Positions 1 to 8,823 are shown, counted from the stretch's first letter. The stretch is DNA of 63,929 nucleotides from a virus (IMGVR_UViG_3300034117_000797:1-63929); one strand, 5' to 3'. The notes: generated by a model not told the origin, from the letters alone. Translations and numbers: made by a program.

Positions 1-127
1 TTGGCAATACCAATTCCTTAATAACCAACTACTTAACATTCTTAATCCCTATAAGTGTTCCTCTGCTATACGGGGTGCATGCGACTACGCCTGTGGGAGC
101 GACCCCCTTTTCCATATCCCTCCACCT
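1..127. repeat. Terminal direct repeat, copy 1 (circular/complete genome signature)
   Basis: Identical to 63766-63892. Confidence 0.95.
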
Positions 128-356
128 GTATATGCACGTAGCTACCCATCCACGGTACTACTATCCCTCCCCCTTTTTATTTCCGACCCCTATTCCTAAT
201 TAAACTTTTCTTTGGAGTTGGGCAGAAAACCGTATGTATACTGGGGGGTCTTTACCACGATTTGATATCCCCACCACTTTGCTGACCGAAAGTCAACTTC
301 CAAACTCCAACTGCTCCTTTAGTTTAACTATCTTTTTCGTCATTAACTAGTTCATT

Positions 357-497
357 CGTTCAACGGCTTTCATCGTTCAACTATTTTCTTCGTTCAACTA
401 ATTCGTTCGTTCGTTACCGATGACAAACTATTTATTTCGTTCAACTATTCATTACGTTACAACTAAATAATACGTTCAACTATTCGTTTCGTTCACC
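357..497 (+). repeat. Array of CGTTCAACTA direct repeats
   Basis: Exact copies at 374, 391, 438, 473; variants at 357, 455, 490. Confidence 0.85.
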
Positions 498-566
498 GGC
501 ACTACATAAAAAAACTTTATGACCTGCATAAGATTATTTTATTATGCACGCATAACTTATCCCTCA

Positions 567-619
567 TTCCCATTATGGGAAACTTTCCAAATATGGGAAC
601 ATCATTCCCGAAATGGGAC
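567..619. promoter_or_regulatory. Three tandem TTCCCAnnnTGGGAA-type palindromes (operator-like)
   Basis: TTCCCATTATGGGAA (567), TTCCAAATATGGGAA (585), TTCCCGAAATGGGAC (605). Confidence 0.55.
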
Positions 620-769
620 ACCGGTTTTCCTTACTACAAAATAAAAACTACATTTCCAAATGTTTTGCTGTTTTTTTCAGAAAATACGTATTTATACTTA
701 GTCATTTGCCTTTTTTTCTACGTATTTATACGTAATTTGCTACTTTTATCGAAAAAAATTAAAAAAAAG

Positions 770-800
770 TTTGGTATTGTTCAAAGTATCCCTACCTTTG
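770..800 (+). promoter_or_regulatory. Bacteroidota housekeeping-sigma promoter driving the early region
   Basis: TTTG (770) - 19 nt - TACCTTTG (793) matches the -33/-7 consensus. Confidence 0.8.
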
Positions 801-977
801 TAATGTCAGCGAACGAGCTGTGAATGTAGCGAATAACGTCACAAAGTGACATGGGCAAGATACGCCCTTTTGAGAGCAACAATATCACATTGAGTAAATG
901 TGACCTTAAATTTAAGGACTGCAGGATAAAGGGATAATTGTGCCTTGTTAGTAAGTAACCAATAAAACAAATATAAC

Positions 978-1532
978 ATGAATGCAATTTTTGTAAAATT
1001 AGAGCAAGTGAAAATTAAGACAATTACACTTGAAGGTGGTATCGCAAAGCTTGACAATGAAGGTAAAAAAGTCAAGGATGAAAGCGGTAAAGTAGTTTAT
1101 ACAATACCGCCTGTTAAAGAGAAGGTAAAAGAGTTAATATCTATCTCAACCAAACCAATCGAGGCGGACAAATTAACCACTATTCAAGGGCAAATTGAAG
1201 CCGTTACAAATGTAATGAAAGGCATTTTCAATGTACTTGATTATGCTAAACAAAGCGGTAGTTTAGTGGTAAATTTCGGTGGTAGTACTTTCAATTTAGG
1301 CGGAAAGTTTACTTTGTACGTGAACATTGATGGTGCTGATTATTCTTTTTTAACAGACGTTGACGTAACTTTTAACGGCTACGGAACAAATGCGGACGGA
1401 AGAAATGAAGTTAGCTTCAAAAAATTAGGCGACCTTCTTAACCAATTCTTCGCCGTTGTCCGCTCATCGCAAGGGCAAAGCTATCTTTTGCCCGAATCAA
1501 TCAAGAAAGAAATGTTAACACTTAAAGCGTAA
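978..1532 (+). CDS. First early hypothetical protein
   Basis: 184 aa ORF with an A-rich start region, downstream of the promoter. Confidence 0.85.
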   Translation: MNAIFVKLEQVKIKTITLEGGIAKLDNEGKKVKDESGKVVYTIPPVKEKVKELISISTKPIEADKLTTIQGQIEAVTNVMKGIFNVLDYAKQSGSLVVNFGGSTFNLGGKFTLYVNIDGADYSFLTDVDVTFNGYGTNADGRNEVSFKKLGDLLNQFFAVVRSSQGQSYLLPESIKKEMLTLKA

Positions 1533-1536
1533 CATT

Positions 1537-1764
1537 ATGAGATTAGTAAAAATAACGGAACAAAAGCGATACATTGACCTTCAATGTACGCCCGTAGTAA
1601 CTGAATCAATCGAACGCTACAAACTAAAAAAGAAGGGCAAAAGTTCTTTGCGAATGAGACAAGCTGAAATGACTAACTTTATTCAAGGCGAGATAATTGA
1701 CCTTCGAGATGAGCGCAAAGCAAACCGCAAAAATGAGAAGCGTGCAAAGAAACGCTTTTACTAA
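1537..1764 (+). CDS. Basic hypothetical protein
   Basis: 75 aa, 4 nt after the previous stop, followed by a terminator. Confidence 0.75.
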   Translation: MRLVKITEQKRYIDLQCTPVVTESIERYKLKKKGKSSLRMRQAEMTNFIQGEIIDLRDERKANRKNEKRAKKRFY

Positions 1765-1783
1765 AACAGGACACAACGAAAGG

Positions 1784-1811
1784 AGGGAATCGGAAACGGT
1801 TCCCTTTTTTT
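1784..1811 (+). terminator. Intrinsic terminator
   Basis: AGGGAATCG-GAAA-CGGTTCCCT followed by a T run. Confidence 0.85.
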
Positions 1812-1828
1812 GTGAAAAAAATTCACTC

Positions 1829-1839
1829 TCACTCTCCAC
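1829..1839 (+). promoter_or_regulatory. TCACTCTCCA intergenic motif, copy 1
   Basis: Same 10-mer at 3209 and 6908, always intergenic and upstream of an ORF. Confidence 0.55.
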
Positions 1840-1884
1840 AGCAAACGGAATTGAGGCAAACTAAATTGTAGAAAATTCAGTAGC

Positions 1885-2133
1885 ATGAAATCAAATAGAG
1901 AAAAAAATAATCTTATCGCAATGGGCTTGTGTTCCGTTGTGTTTTTAATTGCAAATCAAATCGCAGTCGAGGCAAATATAATCGACCCTTTTATATACTT
2001 CCTTGCTTTATTGGGCGGAGGAGGTGCGCTCGTGTTAAGCGTAGGGGAAATAATAGCACAGAAAGCCGAGCAAAGGCTAAATGAAATTGAGCAGGAAGAA
2101 TCGAAAGAAAATAGTTACACACCTAAATTGTGA
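1885..2133 (+). CDS. Small membrane protein (2 TM)
   Basis: Two hydrophobic segments, charged C-terminal tail. Confidence 0.75.
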   Translation: MKSNREKNNLIAMGLCSVVFLIANQIAVEANIIDPFIYFLALLGGGGALVLSVGEIIAQKAEQRLNEIEQEESKENSYTPKL

Positions 2134-2137
2134 AATA

Positions 2138-2287
2138 ATGAGAACAAAGAACCAACCAGCAACAACGACTAAGGTAGTGCGTACCAATGTAAAGTACGTC
2201 ATCGTAGACAAAGTAGGGTTTTACGACATCATCGCAAAGATTGTAGATGGTCGTGAGATTAAACGATTCAAACAACGCAACTTCTGA
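2138..2287 (+). CDS. Hypothetical protein
   Basis: ATG at 2138 inside track ORF 2081..2287, 4 nt after the upstream stop. Confidence 0.6.
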   Translation: MRTKNQPATTTKVVRTNVKYVIVDKVGFYDIIAKIVDGREIKRFKQRNF

Positions 2288-2445
2288 TGAAGACATTTAG
2301 AATTGAGGTAACTGCCGATGACGGCACGGCCTCAACACACAAAGTAATGGCGTTCAATATTTGGCACGCCATAGACCTACTGTACTACAAATATGGTATG
2401 GAGAAAGTGCAACCAAATAGAAACAAATACAAACAAGCGAAATGA
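2287..2445 (+). CDS. Hypothetical protein (52 aa, MKTFRIEVTADDG..., not in the ORF track)
   Basis: TGATG coupling upstream and ATGA coupling downstream. Confidence 0.6.
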   Translation: MKTFRIEVTADDGTASTHKVMAFNIWHAIDLLYYKYGMEKVQPNRNKYKQAK

Positions 2446-2657
2446 AAGATTTTTTAGTAAGTGGACGCACTCAAAACGTAGTAAATGTGGTAACTGGAGG
2501 TTATACACTATTAGGGATAATGGTGTTATTTATTGGCGGAAACCTAGCACCACTGTGGTGTGGGGTTTCAACACTATTCACGCTAATAACATTTCTAGTA
2601 TATAACATTTGGGTGTCAATGGAATTGGATAAGAAAAGAAGAGAACGAACATTTTAA
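2442..2657 (+). CDS. Small membrane protein
   Basis: Two hydrophobic segments, basic C-terminus. Confidence 0.65.
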   Translation: MKDFLVSGRTQNVVNVVTGGYTLLGIMVLFIGGNLAPLWCGVSTLFTLITFLVYNIWVSMELDKKRRERTF

Positions 2658-2668
2658 TAAGATAGATT

Positions 2669-3064
2669 ATGTCAGAGAAAATTAAATCTTGGAGAGGTAG
2701 ACACGTTCGCCTCAAGCCAGAATACGTTGTAAGAAAAAAAGTATTTGATGGGGACTACGATGATGACGGCAACTGGGTAGAGGATAGAAGTCTACCTATG
2801 TTAGAAGAAGTAGAAATCAACTGTCCTTTATGTAATTTCATTGATGACCCAAACGAAGTATTTGGAGTATCCGCAGAAATATATGGAGTAGACCTATATA
2901 GATACTATAACAGCGAGTTTGAGATAGGTTCCGCAGAGCCTACACATCAAATTATCCTCAGACGTAATAGTGGAGAAGACTATCCGTATATATGGGACGT
3001 GAAATACTTTGAGGTGTTGAAGCGTACCCAAGTATGGGTAAAAGACGAAGAGTTTAACCAATAG
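2669..3064 (+). CDS. Hypothetical protein
   Basis: 131 aa ORF within the early operon. Confidence 0.75.
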   Translation: MSEKIKSWRGRHVRLKPEYVVRKKVFDGDYDDDGNWVEDRSLPMLEEVEINCPLCNFIDDPNEVFGVSAEIYGVDLYRYYNSEFEIGSAEPTHQIILRRNSGEDYPYIWDVKYFEVLKRTQVWVKDEEFNQ

Positions 3065-3208
3065 TGTAATCAATAATCTAAAATAAAGTGAACAAGTTAA
3101 AAAACACAAAAAAAGAATGGGTACTATGGACGGTCTATGGTACTACAATGGTAACCATCCTTGTTGTGCTTGCATCGTGCGGGCTAATCGGGAAAAATTG
3201 AGTGTCAA

Positions 3209-3218
3209 TCACTCTCCA
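3209..3218 (+). promoter_or_regulatory. TCACTCTCCA intergenic motif, copy 2
   Basis: About 30 nt upstream of ATG 3248. Confidence 0.55.
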
Positions 3219-3247
3219 AGCAAGTAAAAAAATTTAATTCAACCAAA

Positions 3248-3583
3248 ATGCAACAAGAACACATCAAACAAGTTAGAAGTATCGTAGAAGAACTTCAGTC
3301 AAGTACAAGGGAGTATAATATTTATGTGTCCCATAAAAGCATTGCCGTAGACTCATCATTCTCTTCGTCAGAATATGTGGTAGCAACAAGCCCAACACGT
3401 TTAGTTTCTATATGCTACGGGTATGACATAGGCTTTACAAAGTGGCACGAACTGAAGGGATGCACTTTATTATTGTCCGAAATACACAACCCTGATAGCG
3501 ATGATTGTTACGAAAAACTGTTCTTATCAATCGACCTAGACACGATGGAGTTAACAAAATTAGATATAAAAATAAAAGATTAA
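3248..3583 (+). CDS. Hypothetical protein
   Basis: 111 aa, AACCAAAATG start context. Confidence 0.75.
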   Translation: MQQEHIKQVRSIVEELQSSTREYNIYVSHKSIAVDSSFSSSEYVVATSPTRLVSICYGYDIGFTKWHELKGCTLLLSEIHNPDSDDCYEKLFLSIDLDTMELTKLDIKIKD

Positions 3584-3603
3584 ATCAATTAAAAACAACC
3601 AAA

Positions 3604-3801
3604 ATGGAACAAGGAACAAACTTAAAAAATGAAGTACTAACAAAGCGTGAATACTTCGCTGCCATAGCTGTACAAGGGATGATTGAGAAAGCAACACTTA
3701 GCTTGCACGGAAATGTATGGATAAATGAAGACAACAAAAAGAATATGGTAAGAATTGCCGTAGAGATAGCAGACAAGTTAATAGAAGAATTAAACAAATA
3801 A
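3604..3801 (+). CDS. Small phage protein of the LTKREYFAA..A.QG type
   Basis: Widespread phage motif; true ATG is likely 3604. Confidence 0.7.
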   Translation: MEQGTNLKNEVLTKREYFAAIAVQGMIEKATLSLHGNVWINEDNKKNMVRIAVEIADKLIEELNK

Positions 3802-3812
3802 ACCAAAGAACA

Positions 3813-4121
3813 ATGAGAAATCTATTTACCTATGGGACACTGCAAAAGCACTATGTCCAAGAAGAACTAATCGGAAGAATCCAAGAAGGAGATGTTGATG
3901 CAATCGAAGGATTTGTAGTAACAAACGACTACTTTGTAGACGATGACTTTTACCCACGACTTATCCCCTTCTTAAACGGGATTGTGTATGGTAGAGTTAT
4001 GCAATTCACTGACGAGGAAATCGCAGTGCTAGATGAGTACGAATCCGAAGCATACGAGCGAGTAGTAATCAATACAAAAATGGGCAGAGAGGTAGAGGTC
4101 TATATGCCAGTTCAACAGTAA
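3813..4121 (+). CDS. Gamma-glutamylcyclotransferase (GGCT/AIG2-like)
   Basis: N-terminal LFTYGTL, VYG, LDEYE..YER motifs. Confidence 0.9.
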   Translation: MRNLFTYGTLQKHYVQEELIGRIQEGDVDAIEGFVVTNDYFVDDDFYPRLIPFLNGIVYGRVMQFTDEEIAVLDEYESEAYERVVINTKMGREVEVYMPVQQ

Positions 4122-4152
4122 TCAATTAAGTACAACCAATAAAACAACCAAA

Positions 4153-5883
4153 ATGGAAACAAAAAATTTCTTCGTAAAAAATGAGTTCTCTAACAGCGAT
4201 GCAGAGACATTAGCAAATGACAAATGGTCTAAGTTCATTCGCTGGATGAATAGCCTAAGTAGCACACAGTTCAGTGGCAATGTTCTTAATGACCACTATG
4301 GGGTTCGTGCTGACGGCTCAACAAACTCACGCAGTTGGATTAACGCAGGTGAAGAAGTGGTCTCGTTAGATGAAGCTTTATTGCGTATCAATTACGAACG
4401 ATTCAATCGTCGTAAAAGCTTTGTAGTAGAATGTACTGACACTACGAACACAGATTGGCGTAGGTTCATTGACCTACTTAATGACGCATACAATGTTAGC
4501 TATGACGGAGATTTGTTAGGGCATACTTATGGTCTAATAGAAAGCAACCCTAAGTGTCTGGGAGCAGTTGGTATGTCTAGCCACTGCCCTATGATATTGC
4601 CTGTAGATGAGGGCATAGCACTTCTTGAATGTATTGTAAACAAAAAAAGAATAGATATGGAAACAATGGTAACAACTTACAACGGTGATGAACACCCAGC
4701 ATCAGATTGCGTGGTGTTAGACAATGAATCAGGCAATGGCGGTGAGTATGCGCTCAAAAGCGAATGTTTATACAGCCGTGTACACAGCGGGTATATCTTG
4801 CAGTCTGAGGCCGTAGAAGATGCACGAGGTCACTTCTTCGTCGAAGACAATGCAGATGACCTAGATTATGTGTGGTCTGACTTCAACGATGCGTGGATTA
4901 ACACGAATTGGAATGATACTGTTTACGGTTACACTGGACACAGCGAAGAGTATTTTATGTCAGACGAATACGTCTACATCAATGGCACTTACTTCGTCGA
5001 CTCAGGTGTGGCCAATGACCACGGATACCACTACGACAGCGACGAGGATGAGTGGTACCACGAAGATGATGAGCGACCTGCTCGTGTGTCTAGATGCAAT
5101 AGTGGTTATCACTCAGGTCGTGGGCGTGAGTTCCGTGCAGGTAACGCCAAGTTCACGATAGGTGTAGAGATTGAGAAAGAAGATGATGTAGCAGGCCTCA
5201 TTCATTGGAGTAAGGTGTATAGCAATACTGGTTGGATTAAGGAGAATGATGGTTCTCTTGACTGCAATGGGTATGAGTTAGTGTCGCCTGTATTCGACTT
5301 GTTCAACGATGGTATGGACAAGGAGATTGACGGCTCAAGCGACCTTCAAGAGTTGATTGATGCAGAGTATTCAGACAACTGCGGTGGTCACATCAACCTT
5401 GGTGCTACTGACTATACTCCGGAGCAACTGTTCGAGGGTCTATCATCCTTTATGCCTCTATTGTATACGATGTATCCACATCGCATTGATAGAAGCTACT
5501 GCCAAGCCAAGAAGAAGTACAACTATCGCTCACCTGACAAGTACTCAGCTGTGTACATCAAGCACAATGTAGTAGAGTTCCGTATCTTCCCTGCTGTACG
5601 CAGTGTCAAGAATCTATTGTGGAGACGAGACTTGATTCGCATTATGTGTGACAACATCAACAAGTCCGAGCTTGATGTACTCAAGATGCTTGTCAATCAG
5701 AACAGCAAGTTGTACAAACATCTGCGTAAGATTTACTCGCAAGATGTACTACTTGAGCGCACCAAGCAGTTCATTATGTACACTGAGCGCTTCAATGACA
5801 AGAAGTTGCCACCTATTGACCCTAAGAAGTTCAAGAAGGGCGAGGACAATATCACTGATTCAACTGAAGACCTAGGGGCATAA
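4153..5883 (+). CDS. Putative COOH-NH2 amidoligase (glutamine synthetase/GCS-fold) with a long N-terminal extension
   Basis: C-terminal TIGVEIE, DGSL, YELVSP, CGGHIN, VEFR motifs. Confidence 0.85.
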   Translation: METKNFFVKNEFSNSDAETLANDKWSKFIRWMNSLSSTQFSGNVLNDHYGVRADGSTNSRSWINAGEEVVSLDEALLRINYERFNRRKSFVVECTDTTNTDWRRFIDLLNDAYNVSYDGDLLGHTYGLIESNPKCLGAVGMSSHCPMILPVDEGIALLECIVNKKRIDMETMVTTYNGDEHPASDCVVLDNESGNGGEYALKSECLYSRVHSGYILQSEAVEDARGHFFVEDNADDLDYVWSDFNDAWINTNWNDTVYGYTGHSEEYFMSDEYVYINGTYFVDSGVANDHGYHYDSDEDEWYHEDDERPARVSRCNSGYHSGRGREFRAGNAKFTIGVEIEKEDDVAGLIHWSKVYSNTGWIKENDGSLDCNGYELVSPVFDLFNDGMDKEIDGSSDLQELIDAEYSDNCGGHINLGATDYTPEQLFEGLSSFMPLLYTMYPHRIDRSYCQAKKKYNYRSPDKYSAVYIKHNVVEFRIFPAVRSVKNLLWRRDLIRIMCDNINKSELDVLKMLVNQNSKLYKHLRKIYSQDVLLERTKQFIMYTERFNDKKLPPIDPKKFKKGEDNITDSTEDLGA

Positions 5884-5944
5884 GCCATTAGGTTCACCTT
5901 AATTAACCAACCAAATAATATCAACCAATAAACAAATAGAAATT

Positions 5945-6907
5945 ATGTGCATTGCGATTCTTAACACGAAGGGAGCTACCCTTAAAAAGCAACTATTGAA
6001 GAACTGTTGGGACAATAACAGTGACGGAGCAGGTATGCTCTATATCAATGACTATGGAATGATGGAGGTATTCAAGGAGATGAATTCCTTCGAGTCATTC
6101 TATGCTAAATACAGCGAGGTCAAGCGTATGTATGGTAAGCGCAATATCGTATTGCATTTCCGTATCAGTACACACGGAGGTGTCACAGAAGGTAACTGCC
6201 ACCCGTTTATGGTACACCAAGACTTGGGATTCGTTCATAATGGTATGATTTACAATGTGCCTACTAGCAAGGTTCATTCAGATACCTATATGTTTAACGA
6301 AGTTATACTTAAGAAACTCAAGGAAGGCTTCGAGTATGACGAGGATATCCTTGATATGATTGAGGTGTATATCGGTAGCGGCAGCAAGCTTATCTTCCTC
6401 AATGCTCAAGATGATTGGGCTATCGTTAATGAGAAGGCAGGTCATTGGGCTATGGATTGCTGGTTCTCTAACTCATCTTACAAGCAGGTTAACGATTGGG
6501 TTGACTATGGTGGTACGAAGAAGTACAAGTCTAATGTATATGGATATGGCTCGTATGGCTATGGTACATACAATACTAAATCATATTGGGGTGATATCCA
6601 TATGGATGAAAAGCCTGCTAGCAAGTCTTACTCATTGACTGACGACAACGATAGCAAGCTGTATGACCAATGCTCTGAGTGTGGCTGTCATCTATACGAT
6701 GCCAAGGAATTTACAGCAGGTAAGTGTGAATGGTGCATCGAAGAAGAATTGGTATTGGCAAATAAGCTTGACATAGACGAGATAGAGCATACCTGCGAAT
6801 GCTGCAGTACTTGGGCTAAGCTTAACTACAACGAGAACTATGATGCGTTCATCTGCCGTAAATGCGATGATGAATTGAAAAAAGAAATGGGTGACTACGG
6901 AGCGTAG
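5945..6907 (+). CDS. Class II (Ntn) glutamine amidotransferase with C-terminal CxxC zinc ribbons
   Basis: Cys2 nucleophile (MC), DGAG, HFRISTHG, NCHPF, HNG, SDT; four CxxC-type motifs at the C-terminus. Confidence 0.92.
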   Translation: MCIAILNTKGATLKKQLLKNCWDNNSDGAGMLYINDYGMMEVFKEMNSFESFYAKYSEVKRMYGKRNIVLHFRISTHGGVTEGNCHPFMVHQDLGFVHNGMIYNVPTSKVHSDTYMFNEVILKKLKEGFEYDEDILDMIEVYIGSGSKLIFLNAQDDWAIVNEKAGHWAMDCWFSNSSYKQVNDWVDYGGTKKYKSNVYGYGSYGYGTYNTKSYWGDIHMDEKPASKSYSLTDDNDSKLYDQCSECGCHLYDAKEFTAGKCEWCIEEELVLANKLDIDEIEHTCECCSTWAKLNYNENYDAFICRKCDDELKKEMGDYGA

Positions 6908-6918
6908 TCACTCTCCAC
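6908..6918 (+). promoter_or_regulatory. TCACTCTCCA intergenic motif, copy 3
   Basis: Immediately after the GATase stop, about 20 nt before ATG 6938. Confidence 0.55.
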
Positions 6919-6937
6919 GAACTAAATTCAAAAATTT

Positions 6938-7417
6938 ATGAAAAACTATTTTGTAAAAATGGAAGGCAAACTATTTCTAATGTACCGTGACAGATTCTTC
7001 CATTTTGATATGAATGATGTAGACCCAGACGATTTTTGGGACTCATTCACATACAATGGTGAGGAGTTAGATATTTACTACTACCCCGTATTAGATTCGT
7101 TGACGATATACAATGTACACGATGAGACAGGTCAAATAGACACATCTCAATTCGAGACGGCTGAATATCTTGGCAATCTAACTAATAAGTATGTAGTCAT
7201 AGATGTGGCACAAAGGTCTAATAGCGATGAATACATAAGAAGGTACAAGGACAGCGGAGACATAATTATGTATGATAGTTACACTTTGGCTCGTACAAAT
7301 GTTATCCCTACCGAAGCAGTAGTACTTGTAGCAGGTCTATATGAATTGAACTTAGAAACATTATTAACACAAATGAAAAACAATTATGAACGAGACAACG
7401 CATTTAGAGGTGCTTAA
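6938..7417 (+). CDS. Hypothetical protein
   Basis: 159 aa ORF. Confidence 0.75.
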   Translation: MKNYFVKMEGKLFLMYRDRFFHFDMNDVDPDDFWDSFTYNGEELDIYYYPVLDSLTIYNVHDETGQIDTSQFETAEYLGNLTNKYVVIDVAQRSNSDEYIRRYKDSGDIIMYDSYTLARTNVIPTEAVVLVAGLYELNLETLLTQMKNNYERDNAFRGA

Positions 7418-7568
7418 TGTAGCAGCATCTATTCGATACTCACTGATTGAGGCTCAGATTGAGTATGTAATCCAAAACTTTGACGAAATGGCTCAGAGAG
7501 ACCCGTCTGGAGATAGGATACTATGGATTGAGCAGTTAATTTATGAATTTGACGACCACTGCAGATGA
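7386..7568 (+). CDS. Hypothetical protein
   Basis: 60 aa, ATGA-coupled to the next gene. Confidence 0.6.
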   Translation: MNETTHLEVLNVAASIRYSLIEAQIEYVIQNFDEMAQRDPSGDRILWIEQLIYEFDDHCR

Positions 7569-7846
7569 AAAACTTAGACAAAGCAATACTAGATACTTAT
7601 AGGCAACTGTATGCTAACTCAACTCCTCCTGCTGACTTCGATAAGCTATTAGATGAAGCACCGTTGAATGAACACGGACAAAAAGTAATAGACTTTATGG
7701 CTTACGAAATAGAGGAGGAGGTACACGATAGGATAATGCAGGATGCTATGAAGAAGTATAAGATTAAGCATAAGATATTGAAGAACGCATTCAAGTTTAC
7801 AATAGACTTAGGTTGTTCACCACGAATTAAAACAAATGAATTATGA
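7565..7846 (+). CDS. Hypothetical protein
   Basis: 93 aa, coupled on both sides. Confidence 0.75.
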   Translation: MKNLDKAILDTYRQLYANSTPPADFDKLLDEAPLNEHGQKVIDFMAYEIEEEVHDRIMQDAMKKYKIKHKILKNAFKFTIDLGCSPRIKTNEL

Positions 7847-8058
7847 GACAGACAGCAGTAGAATGGCTAATTGAACAATTTGAAACCACAGAATTTATGT
7901 TTCATGATAGAAGCTCAATTATAAATGAAGCCAAAGAAATGGAGAGGCAACAAGTTATTGACGCTTATCAGACAAGTCATATATCAATGATGACGGCAGA
8001 GCAATACTATAATGAAACATTCAAACAACAACAAGATGGAAGTAATACTAACGAGTAA
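7843..8058 (+). CDS. TAVEWL-family small protein, paralog 1
   Basis: MRQTAVEWLIEQ...AKEMERQQ...YYNETFK. Confidence 0.8.
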   Translation: MRQTAVEWLIEQFETTEFMFHDRSSIINEAKEMERQQVIDAYQTSHISMMTAEQYYNETFKQQQDGSNTNE

Positions 8059-8254
8059 AGAGTCACTGCTCAACGAGCTGACTAAGATGGACATTGTAAT
8101 GTATCGCAAGCGTGGGCTAGCAGACATAGGTAAGTATGCTCACGAACCACCAGGGTTTAGGGTAAAGCTGTACGATATATATAGCAAGTTGTCGCTCGAA
8201 GACTTACAAGTAATGTACGATATGAAACGTGAACGATATCAAATTAAAAAGTAA
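8036..8254 (+). CDS. Hypothetical protein
   Basis: Likely start MEVILT within track ORF 8012..8254. Confidence 0.6.
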   Translation: MEVILTSKESLLNELTKMDIVMYRKRGLADIGKYAHEPPGFRVKLYDIYSKLSLEDLQVMYDMKRERYQIKK

Positions 8255-8258
8255 AATT

Positions 8259-8597
8259 ATGGGATTTTTTAGTTGGAAAACACAAGACACAAACCGTTCT
8301 ATATGCAATAACACATCTGGCCGAAATACATTTGTTGTGTTTATGATAGACGATAAAGGAAACTATTGGGTAGAAGATAACTACAATGGGTACGGTGATT
8401 TTGGAGGCAAAGATTTCTATGAATTGATTGCTGAAATGAATGGGTTAGACTCAGATAGGGAGCTAGGAATTAACTTAGCCTTTAGTGGGAATCCGTACAA
8501 GAGTCCAAATCTAATAGAAAGAAAGTCTGGCTGGACATACACAGAGAAAGAGCCTGATGGCTGTGATTATCAAGGATTCTTTTATGATGAAGATTAA
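8259..8597 (+). CDS. Conserved-looking phage protein (MGFFSW...YGDFGGKDFYE)
   Basis: ATG at 8259 with A-rich context. Confidence 0.75.
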   Translation: MGFFSWKTQDTNRSICNNTSGRNTFVVFMIDDKGNYWVEDNYNGYGDFGGKDFYELIAEMNGLDSDRELGINLAFSGNPYKSPNLIERKSGWTYTEKEPDGCDYQGFFYDED

Positions 8598-8625
8598 ATA
8601 AGTAACCAAGTAAACAGAGTAATAT

Positions 8626-8823
8626 ATGAATGAAAAAGAAGAAGCTCAATGGATTTTCGACAATATGTTGGAAATCATAGGCGATGAAGAGAAGGCTAGG
8701 GTAGCATCAGCTTTCCTTGCAGAGCAGATGGTATATGAGATTGTGGATAACGCAGGCGTAGCTGAGCGCTCACAAGGATGGCAACACATCTATCAGATGC
8801 TAATGAATAACGAAATCAAATAG
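8626..8823 (+). CDS. Hypothetical protein
   Basis: 65 aa ORF. Confidence 0.65.
   Translation: MNEKEEAQWIFDNMLEIIGDEEKARVASAFLAEQMVYEIVDNAGVAERSQGWQHIYQMLMNNEIK

Noticed and set aside
357-497. Possible mini CRISPR array
   Set aside because: Repeats are only about 10 nt with irregular short spacing; no repeat-spacer periodicity and no cas operon (the Cas4-like nuclease is a common solo phage gene)
575-1075. Track ORFs 575..823, 781..987 and 839..1075
   Set aside because: They run through palindromes, A/T tracts, the promoter and the structured leader, or lie antisense to a real gene
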